Positions 10,230-18,512 of a stretch of DNA of 64,000 nucleotides are shown one piece after another. Source of the DNA: Fidelibacterota bacterium. Lineage in GTDB: Bacteria > Fidelibacterota > Fidelibacteria > Fidelibacterales > DSDE01. The translations under genes and the position numbers were made by a program. The stretch is from the NCBI GenBank assembly GCA_046735395.1, contig JBJKQR010000018.1, positions 1 through 64,000 on the forward strand, read 5' to 3'. Positions within the stretch are counted from its first letter, which is position 1, and each line of letters opens with the position of its first letter. The notes beneath the pieces are model-generated. The model had not been told where the DNA came from, ran no database searches, and saw only the letters and a list, made by a program, of their open reading frames with translations.

Positions 10230-12044
10230 GTGGAAAAAGAGATTAGATCGATTCTGGCTACGGATTGTGGCAGTACGACAACCAAGGCCATTCTCATTGA
10301 AAAACAGGGGGATGAATACCGGCTTGTCGTGAGAGGTGAAGCTCCGACGACCGTTGAGGCTCCGTTTGAAGACGTGACCAAGGGTGTCCTGAATGCGGTG
10401 AAGGAAGTCGAGGAACTGCGGGGACGCAAGATTCTCAATGGTGATGATATCCTGACTCCGCAGAAGGGTGAGGACGGTGTGGATATATATATTTCCACGT
10501 CCTCTGCCGGCGGCGGCCTGCAGATGATGGTGGCCGGTGTGGTGAAAGCCATGTCTGCCGAATCCGCGGAACGGGCGGCCCTCGGCGCGGGTGCCATCGT
10601 CATGGATGTGATGGCTTCCAATGACGGACGTCTTCCTCATGAAAAAATTGCCCGCATCCGCCATCTGCGTCCGGATATGATTCTCATGTCCGGGGGGATT
10701 GACGGCGGCACCATCAATCATGTGGTGGAAATGGCGGAACTCATTCACGCGGCCAATCCTCAGCCGAGACTGGGAATGAATTACAAACTGCCGGTGATCT
10801 ATGCCGGAAATAATAAGGCTGCGGGCGATATTGAAAATAACCTGAAGGAACAGACGGATCTGAGCATTGTGCCCAATATCCGTCCCGTACTCGAACGGGA
10901 AAATCTCGGGCCGGCCCGAGACAAGATTCATGATCTGTTCATGGAGCATGTCATGGCCCAGGCGCCGGGCTACCGCAAACTCATGGATATGACCGATGCT
11001 CCCATCATGCCTACGCCGGGCGCTGTGGGATATATCATGCAGGTTATTGCAAAAAATGAAAATATTACGGTTCTGGGTGTGGATATCGGCGGCGCGACCA
11101 CGGATGTCTTTTCCGTCTTTAAGGACCGCGAGCTGGGCGAACCGGTCTTCAACCGCACCGTGAGCGCCAATCTCGGTATGAGTTATTCCATTTCAAATGT
11201 TCTGGCGGAAGCGACGCTTCCCAATATTCTGCGCTGGGTGCCCTTCGTCATTGATGAGGTGGATCTGCGCAACCGTATCGGCAACAAGATGATCCGGCCG
11301 ACCACCATTCCCCAGTCCGTGGAAGAGCTGAAAATTGAACAGGCCATTGCCCGCGAGGCTCTGCGGCTCAGTTTTGTCCAGCACAAGAGTTTTGCCGTGG
11401 GCCTGAAGGGAGTGCAGAAGGAACGGACGATTTCCGACGCCTTTGACCAGAGTTCCTCCGGTGATACGCTGGTGGATATGATGGATCTGGATCTCCTCGT
11501 GGGCAGCGGCGGTGTGCTGTCTCATGCGCCACGCCGTCACCAGTCGGCCAAGATGATGATCGACGCGTTCCTGCCGGAAGGCATTACCATGCTGGCTGTG
11601 GATTCCATTTTCATGATGCCGCAGCTCGGTGTGCTCGCATCCGTCCATGAGAAGTCGGCGACGGAAGTGTTTGAAAAAGACTGTCTCATCCATCTCGGCC
11701 ACAATATCAGCCCCACCGGGCCGTCCAAGCCCGGCCGCGACTATGTAACCATTCGGCTGACGCTGCCGGATAATCAGCCCTGGGAACGGACCTTCAAGTA
11801 TGGTGAGATGGGCCTGGTGGAAGTTCCCTACGTGGATGTGCCGGCGGAAATCATTCCCGCCAAGGGCGTCAATGTGGGTGCCGGACCCGGACAGGCGATC
11901 AAATCCACGCTGCGCGGCGGTGTTGTGGGTATAACCATTGATGCCCGGGGACGAAATCCCTTCGTGCTGCCGGAAAACAGTTCCGAGCGGGTGGCCAAAC
12001 TTCAGGAATGGAGTGCGGAACTGAAAGAATTCACCTTAGATTGA
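10230..12044 (+). CDS. GlmL/MutL-like (glutamate mutase L family) actin-fold ATPase
   Basis: ILATDCGSTTTK and VLGVDIGGATTDVFS phosphate motifs; SSAGGGL; PDMILMSGGIDGG; IMPTPGAV; GSGGVLSHAP. Confidence 0.85.
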   Translation: MEKEIRSILATDCGSTTTKAILIEKQGDEYRLVVRGEAPTTVEAPFEDVTKGVLNAVKEVEELRGRKILNGDDILTPQKGEDGVDIYISTSSAGGGLQMMVAGVVKAMSAESAERAALGAGAIVMDVMASNDGRLPHEKIARIRHLRPDMILMSGGIDGGTINHVVEMAELIHAANPQPRLGMNYKLPVIYAGNNKAAGDIENNLKEQTDLSIVPNIRPVLERENLGPARDKIHDLFMEHVMAQAPGYRKLMDMTDAPIMPTPGAVGYIMQVIAKNENITVLGVDIGGATTDVFSVFKDRELGEPVFNRTVSANLGMSYSISNVLAEATLPNILRWVPFVIDEVDLRNRIGNKMIRPTTIPQSVEELKIEQAIAREALRLSFVQHKSFAVGLKGVQKERTISDAFDQSSSGDTLVDMMDLDLLVGSGGVLSHAPRRHQSAKMMIDAFLPEGITMLAVDSIFMMPQLGVLASVHEKSATEVFEKDCLIHLGHNISPTGPSKPGRDYVTIRLTLPDNQPWERTFKYGEMGLVEVPYVDVPAEIIPAKGVNVGAGPGQAIKSTLRGGVVGITIDARGRNPFVLPENSSERVAKLQEWSAELKEFTLD

Positions 12045-12070
12045 TTTAAGATAACAGGAGAAAAACGAAT

Positions 12071-13201
12071 ATGGCTCATGCATATACACCGGGATTGAAG
12101 GTTGTAGCCCGCACCGTTGTGGAAAAAACGCGTCGTCTCCCTCTGAAGGGGACCGTCACCGTGAGTGAAGGCGACAGCGTGGAAGCCAGTGATGTGGTGG
12201 CGACCACCAACCTTCCCGGAAATATACAGCCGCTGAATGTGGCAAATCTGCTGAACCTGGAACCGGCAGATCTGGACGACGTGATGAAGAAACAAGCGGG
12301 TGACAGCGTCACGAAAGGCGAAATTATCGCCGAGACCGCCGGACTGTTCGGATTTTTCAAATCGTCTGTAAAATCGCCCATCGACGGAACCATGGAATCC
12401 CTGTCGAAAGTAACCGGCCAGGCCATTATGCGGGAAGCTCCCGTTCCGGTTTCCGTCAATGCCTATGTGGACGGACGGATCTCGGGGATCATTCCTGAAG
12501 AAGGGGTGGTCGTGGAAACCCACGCGGCCTTCATTCAGGGAATATTCGGTGTGGGCGGTGAACGCCGCGGTGAGCTGAAAGTTGTGGTCAGCGCTGCGGA
12601 TCAGCCGCTGGATGCCTCACTGCTGGACGAAAGCTGCCGTGGCAAAATTGTGGTCGGCGGATCCTACCTGACCTATGAATCCTACCGCAAGGCCGAGGAG
12701 CTGGGTGTTCTGGGCATTGTCATCGGCGGGTTTGATTACAGTGATATCAAGAAAATCGTGGGATATGACATCGGCGTGGCCATTACCGGCCAGGAAGATC
12801 TGGGAACGACGCTGGTTCTGACAGAAGGATTCAGCCGTATTCAGATGGCAGGGCAAACCTTTGACCTGCTGACGAAGCATGACGGTGAAATGGCCTCCAT
12901 CAACGGTGCGACACAGATCCGCGCCGGCGTCATCCGTCCTGAAATCATTATCAGCCTGAAGGATCAGGATGCAGGAAGCGAAACCCGGGAACGGGAAATC
13001 AAACCCATGGATATCGGTACCGTTGTCCGCATCATCCGTCACCCCTATTTCGGCCTGCTCGGTGAAATCACGGATCTGCCCCATGCGCTCCAGAAACTGG
13101 AATCCGAGTCTCTGGCCCGTGTCGCAAAAGTCCGCATCTTTGATCATGACAAGGAAGTCATGCTGCCGAGAGCAAATCTGGAGATGATTGAGACTGAATA
13201 G
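12071..13201 (+). CDS. Conserved hypothetical soluble protein with barrel-sandwich-hybrid-like motifs and a C-terminal KOW-like domain
   Basis: VSEGDSVEASDVVA, AGDSVTKGEIIAE...SPIDGTM; C-terminal GTVVRIIRHPYFGLLGEI; AGGAG RBS. Confidence 0.7.
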   Translation: MAHAYTPGLKVVARTVVEKTRRLPLKGTVTVSEGDSVEASDVVATTNLPGNIQPLNVANLLNLEPADLDDVMKKQAGDSVTKGEIIAETAGLFGFFKSSVKSPIDGTMESLSKVTGQAIMREAPVPVSVNAYVDGRISGIIPEEGVVVETHAAFIQGIFGVGGERRGELKVVVSAADQPLDASLLDESCRGKIVVGGSYLTYESYRKAEELGVLGIVIGGFDYSDIKKIVGYDIGVAITGQEDLGTTLVLTEGFSRIQMAGQTFDLLTKHDGEMASINGATQIRAGVIRPEIIISLKDQDAGSETREREIKPMDIGTVVRIIRHPYFGLLGEITDLPHALQKLESESLARVAKVRIFDHDKEVMLPRANLEMIETE

Positions 13202-13240
13202 GGCGGATGCTCCTGTTCGGCCTCTGCAATAGATTTAAGC

Positions 13241-13642
13241 ATGGCGACAGTGACCTGGAAAATCACACTGGTCAGGCGGAACCCTGCCAAAGGGGTGGCC
13301 GTTCTTCTCTTTATCATTGTTTTATCCGTTTTTACCGGCATGCTCACGCAGAGCGCCCTGATGACCCTTTTAGCGCTGGTGGTCCTCAGTGCATCCGTCG
13401 CCCAGTATTTTATTCCGGTGACCTACGACCTGGATGACAAAGGGGTGAAGATCTCCATGCTGCTGCACCACCGCTACCGGGAATGGGGGGATTTTAAGCG
13501 TTGGGAAACGGATGGTAAAAGTATTAAATTGCTGACCATGAAAACGCCGTCCCGGCTGGATAACTATCGGGGCTGGCTGCTCATCACCGAGCCAGGAACC
13601 CGGCAGGAGGTAATGAATTTGGTTGGAGAGAAGCTGAAATGA
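13241..13642 (+). CDS. Small membrane protein (2 TM plus soluble beta-rich domain)
   Basis: Two hydrophobic helices; ATGA overlap with the next gene. Confidence 0.75.
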   Translation: MATVTWKITLVRRNPAKGVAVLLFIIVLSVFTGMLTQSALMTLLALVVLSASVAQYFIPVTYDLDDKGVKISMLLHHRYREWGDFKRWETDGKSIKLLTMKTPSRLDNYRGWLLITEPGTRQEVMNLVGEKLK

Positions 13643-13998
13643 GCGATGTGTCTCTGCATGACGGAGTACTCAGTGATGAAGAGGTCTTCAACAAACTGGC
13701 TCAGATCATCGTATCCCGCGGCATGACCATTCCGGCGGTCATGTTTCTCGAAACCATGAAGCCCCTGAATTTTATCGGCGCTCAGATTCTTGTTTTCTTC
13801 GGCCCCTTTCTGGAATCCTTTTTCCCGGGCGAACAGTATTACCGCTTCACCGAACTGATGGAAGACCGGAAGAGCGTCGAGATTTTATTGCAGAAAATTG
13901 AAGAAATGGAAGATAAAAAGAAGGCCGATGACATTGCGCGTAGGGAGTCTTCACCCCGCCGCCGGCCGAAATGGAAATTTTTATCATGGAGGAAATAA
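13639..13998 (+). CDS. Hypothetical protein (119 aa)
   Basis: Translationally coupled on both sides (ATGA, TAATG); PAVMFLETMKPLNF core. Confidence 0.75.
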   Translation: MSDVSLHDGVLSDEEVFNKLAQIIVSRGMTIPAVMFLETMKPLNFIGAQILVFFGPFLESFFPGEQYYRFTELMEDRKSVEILLQKIEEMEDKKKADDIARRESSPRRRPKWKFLSWRK

Positions 13999-15131
13999 TG
14001 CGCAACATCGCACGTCTATGCATTCTGCCTGCAGTATTTCTCGTATCGGGAATGGCCCTTGGCCAGACTCTGAGTATAGAGGCAACTGCAGACCGAAGCA
14101 ATCCGCATGGCCAGAAAGTCATTATCAATCTGACTGAACAGCCAGGCGCAATGAAATACACGGTGTTTGAATCCGATGCGAACGGCGTCTGGCAGCCGGT
14201 TTACGAACACACGTCAGCGGACTTTTCCGGAGGACGGGTTTCGGATACAGTGAATATCGAGAACAACACGGCAACCTATTTCAAAGTCGAGGCCAGTGAG
14301 GATGACGGATCCGTGATTGCGACGGCCCAGGGTGCGGAAGCGGTGGTTACCAATGCAAGATGGTATAATTCCAGCCGTACGAATATGCTGATTGCCATTC
14401 TTTTTGTATCGGGCATGGTCCTGTATTACATTGAAAAGGCAAAGCGGGCCGAATCCATTTATCTGCGTCCCATTGCCGGCCTCAAGGCTTTTGAGGAAGC
14501 GGTGGGACGGGCCACGGAAATGGGAAAATCCGTGCTCTATGTTCCCGGCATCCAGGACCTGGATCAGGTGGAGACCATTGCCGGTATCATTATTCTGGGA
14601 CATGTGGCAAAAATGACCGCGCGCTACGAGACAGGGCTGAATGTACCGGTGTCCCGCTCGCTGGTGATGGAAGCTTCCCGGGAAATCGTCCATGAATCCT
14701 ACCTGGGCGAAGGCCGTCCGGATCTCTTCAATCCTGATATGGTCCACTATCTCACGGATGATCAGTTTGCCTTTGCTGCCGGCGTGAACGGGATCATGCT
14801 CAGAGAAAAACCGGCGGCGCTCTTCTTTCAGGGCAAATTCTTTGCCGAATCCCTGATTCTGGCTGAAACCGGGAACAGTATCGGCGCCATTCAGATCGCG
14901 GGGACGGCATCTCCGGCCCAGATCCCCTTTTTCGTCACCGCCTGCGATTACACGCTCATCGGTGAGGAATTTTTTGCGGCATCGGCCTACCTGGGCAAGG
15001 ATCCCAAACTCATGGGTTCCATCAAGGGCCAGGATATTGCGAAGGCTGTTATCATGATTTCCATCGGACTCGGTGTGCTGCTCCAAAGTTTCGGCTTCAC
15101 CGCGTTCCGGGAATTGTTCAAAGTGTTATAA
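13998..15131 (+). CDS. Membrane protein with exported FN3-like beta domain and DUF6754-like domain
   Basis: Signal peptide, beta-rich domain, TM helix, then RPIAGL..EEAVGRATEMG, QFAFAAG, AESLILAETG, QIPFFVTACDYTLIGEE, C-terminal TM; DUF name is from recall. Confidence 0.75.
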   Translation: MRNIARLCILPAVFLVSGMALGQTLSIEATADRSNPHGQKVIINLTEQPGAMKYTVFESDANGVWQPVYEHTSADFSGGRVSDTVNIENNTATYFKVEASEDDGSVIATAQGAEAVVTNARWYNSSRTNMLIAILFVSGMVLYYIEKAKRAESIYLRPIAGLKAFEEAVGRATEMGKSVLYVPGIQDLDQVETIAGIIILGHVAKMTARYETGLNVPVSRSLVMEASREIVHESYLGEGRPDLFNPDMVHYLTDDQFAFAAGVNGIMLREKPAALFFQGKFFAESLILAETGNSIGAIQIAGTASPAQIPFFVTACDYTLIGEEFFAASAYLGKDPKLMGSIKGQDIAKAVIMISIGLGVLLQSFGFTAFRELFKVL

Positions 15132-15143
15132 GGGGGAAATGAA

Positions 15144-16040
15144 ATGATACTGAAACGTTTTATACCTTTGATGATTGTGTTTGTGGTCGGGTTCATTACC
15201 CTGATCAGCTGGTTTATTCCCCATGAACCCTTTGGCAGTCTGGAAATTCACTCGACACAGTGGTTTGATATCATCGCGAGTTTTGCCATGATTCTGGGAG
15301 CGCTGAACCTGCTGAAGCTGCAGGGGACGAAGGTGCTGCGCCGCCGCAAGGGCTGGGGCTATTCAGCAGCGGCCATTATCAGTTTTTTCATCACGCTGGT
15401 CTTTTCCTTCATGCTGAAGGGCGGCTATCATGTGGTGATCTATGATGCGGGCCAGAATCCGGAGGCGGTGGTGTCCGAAATCGCCACGACACTGGAAATG
15501 CCGGTTGGCGCCGCGACGGCCCAGTACGGAAATCCGGTGGAAGAAGGCAAGATCATTCAGAAATATTATTATACCATGGGCAGCGCGCTGGAGCTGAAGA
15601 GCGATCTGGAAGCCAAGGGCGCCCATGTGGCCGTTCAGGACATTCCCTGGGGCGGCCATCTGCAGGGTCAGGGAACCTATTTCAACTGGCTCTTCACCTA
15701 TGTGTTCACGCCGCTGTCCGCGACCATGTTCGCGCTGCTGGCCTTCTTTGTCGCCTCCGCGTCCTACCGGGCCTTCAAGATCCGGAATGCGGAAGCAACG
15801 GTTCTCCTCGTGGCCGGTGTCATTCTCATGATCGGCCGTGTTCCTCTGGGACATTTTCTCACGAGCTGGTTTCCCTCATGGCTTCAGTGGCTGCACCTGC
15901 CGAATCTGCAGGAATGGATCTATCAGTATCCAAATGTGGCCGGTGCCCGCGCCATCATGATCGGAATTGCCCTCGGCCTGGTCGGAACCTCGCTGAGAGT
16001 GATTCTGGGAATTGAAAAATCTTTTATGGGGGAGAAGTGA
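15144..16040 (+). CDS. Multi-pass membrane protein with an inserted L7/L12-CTD-like domain
   Basis: About 6 TM helices; PLSATMFALLAFFVASASYRAF; soluble insert at aa 95-164. Confidence 0.75.
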   Translation: MILKRFIPLMIVFVVGFITLISWFIPHEPFGSLEIHSTQWFDIIASFAMILGALNLLKLQGTKVLRRRKGWGYSAAAIISFFITLVFSFMLKGGYHVVIYDAGQNPEAVVSEIATTLEMPVGAATAQYGNPVEEGKIIQKYYYTMGSALELKSDLEAKGAHVAVQDIPWGGHLQGQGTYFNWLFTYVFTPLSATMFALLAFFVASASYRAFKIRNAEATVLLVAGVILMIGRVPLGHFLTSWFPSWLQWLHLPNLQEWIYQYPNVAGARAIMIGIALGLVGTSLRVILGIEKSFMGEK

Positions 16041-16041
16041 C

Positions 16042-16896
16042 ATGAATACATTTCTGGAAAAACTGGACCGCGTGGACCGCAGAGTCATTTTTCTCATCAT
16101 CGGCCTGGTCGTCATTCTGCCGCTCATCTTCCCCCTGGGGCTGCCGGTGGAACCGACGCAGACGACCATTGACGCCTTCGATGCCATCGAAGCCATTCCC
16201 CCGGGAGGCAAGGTGCTGGTATCCTTCGATTACGGCCCGTCAACCAAGCCTGAAATTCATCCCATGGCCATTGCCGTTCTCCGTCACCTCTTCAAGGAAG
16301 GCCATCCCGTCATCGTCATGTGCCTGTGGCCCGACGGCCTCTTCATGTCGCGGGAAGCACTGGATCAGGTGGCGAACAATGAATTCAATCTGACCTATGG
16401 AAAGGATTATGTCAACCTGGGTTACCGTCCGGGAAATGAAGCCATTATCAAGGGCATCACCCAGAGCTTCGAGGCAAATTTCACCATGGATGCCTTCGGA
16501 ACCCTCATCAGTGATATTCCGGTCATGAAGGGCGTGGATAATATTGATGACATTTCCTTCATCGTGAATCTGTCCGCCGGTTATCCCGGTTCAGTGGAAT
16601 GGGTGCAGTACGCTGCGGATCCTCACAAGATTCCCATGACCAGCGGCAATACCTCGATTCAGGTGAATGAAGTGCTGCCCTATGTGAAATCGGGACAGAT
16701 GCAGGGAATTATCGCCGGAATGCCTGCCGCCGCCGAATATGAGGCGCTGGTGCGGAGAAATCATATTTCCGATCTCCCGGGAGAAGCGACCCGTTCCATG
16801 GACGCCCAGTCCATTGCCCACCTCGTGATCGTACTCTTCATCATTCTGGGTAATGTCTCCTATTTTGTCAAACGTAAAAATGAAAAGAAATATTAG
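16042..16896 (+). CDS. Membrane protein with N- and C-terminal TM helices and a central alpha/beta domain
   Basis: Start 1 nt after the previous stop; VLVSFDYGP, YGKDYVNLGY, AAAEYE, SMDAQSIAH. Confidence 0.75.
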   Translation: MNTFLEKLDRVDRRVIFLIIGLVVILPLIFPLGLPVEPTQTTIDAFDAIEAIPPGGKVLVSFDYGPSTKPEIHPMAIAVLRHLFKEGHPVIVMCLWPDGLFMSREALDQVANNEFNLTYGKDYVNLGYRPGNEAIIKGITQSFEANFTMDAFGTLISDIPVMKGVDNIDDISFIVNLSAGYPGSVEWVQYAADPHKIPMTSGNTSIQVNEVLPYVKSGQMQGIIAGMPAAAEYEALVRRNHISDLPGEATRSMDAQSIAHLVIVLFIILGNVSYFVKRKNEKKY

Positions 16897-16907
16897 GAGG
16901 TTGTGAA

Positions 16908-17750
16908 ATGCAGGAAAGTATTTTAGGAGCCTGGGTCGCCTCGTTTCTCACGCTGGCGATTTTTTCGTATCTGTACAATGACAACCCCTTCTATAAATTT
17001 GCCGAACATGTCTACATCGGTGTGTCGGCGGCTTACTGGGGAAGTATTGCCTTCTGGAACCAGATCGTTCCCAACATGTTCGGACGACTCTGGCCTCAGG
17101 CGGACCCGAACACCCTGACCGGTTTCAATGTGGTCTGGTATAAATTGTATGCCGTTTTCCATTTCTTCAGTGATAATATCTTCCCGGAGAATGGAATCAA
17201 CGCAAATCATCAGCAGAATCTGTTTTACATCCTTCCCTTTCTGCTCGGTATCTTCATGCTGCTGCGACTGGTTCCCTCCATCGGATGGCTCAGCCGCTGG
17301 TCTCTGGCCTATGTGGTGGGACTTGCCGCCGGCCTCAGAATGTACGGTTTCATGAGTTCCAATGTTCTGTCCCAGATCTACGGAACCATTCTGCCGCTGC
17401 ACGGCCACGCCGGTGATCCCTTCTGGACTCAGGTCGGAACAGTCATGAACAATCTGGTGATCATCGTGGGCACACTGTCCGCGCTCTACTATTTCTTTTT
17501 CTCCATGGAGCACAAGGGCATTTTCCGCGGTATCAGCCGTGTGGGAATCTATTTTCTGATGGTTTCCTTCGGCGCCAGTTTCGGTTTTGCCGTCATGGGC
17601 CGTATCTCCCTGCTCATCGGACGCTTCAATTCGCTCATCGAGTTTTCCAGCGGTAAGTTCGGATACGCTTCCCTTGTTCTGCTGGTTCTCATGGTTGCGA
17701 CGCTGTTTATTCTGTCCCGAAAAGATCAGGAGGATGGCACGGAAAGCTGA
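16908..17750 (+). CDS. Multi-pass membrane protein
   Basis: AGGAGG RBS; SYLYNDNPFYKFAEH; FGASFGFAVMGR; about 7 TM helices. Confidence 0.75.
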   Translation: MQESILGAWVASFLTLAIFSYLYNDNPFYKFAEHVYIGVSAAYWGSIAFWNQIVPNMFGRLWPQADPNTLTGFNVVWYKLYAVFHFFSDNIFPENGINANHQQNLFYILPFLLGIFMLLRLVPSIGWLSRWSLAYVVGLAAGLRMYGFMSSNVLSQIYGTILPLHGHAGDPFWTQVGTVMNNLVIIVGTLSALYYFFFSMEHKGIFRGISRVGIYFLMVSFGASFGFAVMGRISLLIGRFNSLIEFSSGKFGYASLVLLVLMVATLFILSRKDQEDGTES

Positions 17751-17776
17751 TTTTCCCGTCACATTGCTGAATATTT

Positions 17777-17805
17777 AAGGGAATCCGACAGGGTTCCCTT
17801 TTTTT
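17777..17805 (+). terminator. Intrinsic terminator closing the 8-gene operon
   Basis: aagggaatcc-gaca-gggttccctt stem followed by a T run. Confidence 0.8.
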
Positions 17806-17821
17806 ATGAGTGATGGGTCTT

Positions 17822-18360
17822 CCGTCTTCGTTTCGCTGCGACAGTAATCGAGTAGCGAGTAGCGAGTATCGAGTAACCCGTGACTTCGACGCGCCAGGCG
17901 GGCAGCCCGTCTTCGTTTCACTACGACGCGGCAAGAAAGGCATAAGGATCAAGGCGCCAGGAGCCAGGAACAAAAGAGGAACGGTGATATTCCATAGCAG
18001 GACAGTTTCTCGTTTCTTCCTTAACCTCAACCTTATCCTTAACCTTAACCTTCCTTCGCGCTCTTTGCGGCCTCTGCGAGAAACGTTCTTCCCCATCAAC
18101 CCGGTTGAAAGAAGCTGGAAGTTGGAAGTTTGAAGCTTGCGTCGCCGGAGGACCGGCTCCTGAAACAGCCCTGCAGGATTACACGTTGATATTCCCGGGA
18201 TTGCCGGCTTTTAAAGCAGGGCAAATTCTCGTTTCTTCCTTAACCTCAACCTTATCCTTAACCTTAACCTTCCTTCGCGCTCTTTGCGGCCGGCATTAAC
18301 CCCGCTGTTTTAAGCGGGGCGAGAGACTTTCTTCCGCATTAACCCGCCAACCACCCAACC
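17822..18360 (+). repeat. Mosaic intergenic repeat island A
   Basis: cccgtcttcgtttcactacgac units, (CGAGTAN)4, (AACCTT)n, (GAAGYTK)4; exact 66-bp direct repeat at 18007-18072 and 18226-18291. Confidence 0.85.
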
Positions 18361-18512
18361 CTTCAAAAAGTGATTGTAAAATCTATACCTTATTAATAAA
18401 CTTGATAAGGAGAGATTTTTGTGAAGATCATCATTTTGATTTTGTCGCTGGACCGGGCGCAGCACAGCGGCCTTTCCGCCGCTTTGCCCGGGACCAAAGC
18501 CGGAGGTCGGTC

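Noticed and set aside
10230..12044. DNA mismatch-repair MutL, or a glutamate mutase operon
   Set aside because: Motifs are ASKHA type, not GHKL, and no mutase subunits are present.
17707..18299. ORFs within the repeat islands (also 28379-28684, 29128-29409, 41972-42530)
   Set aside because: Low-complexity translations of microsatellites and hairpins; no transposase motifs.
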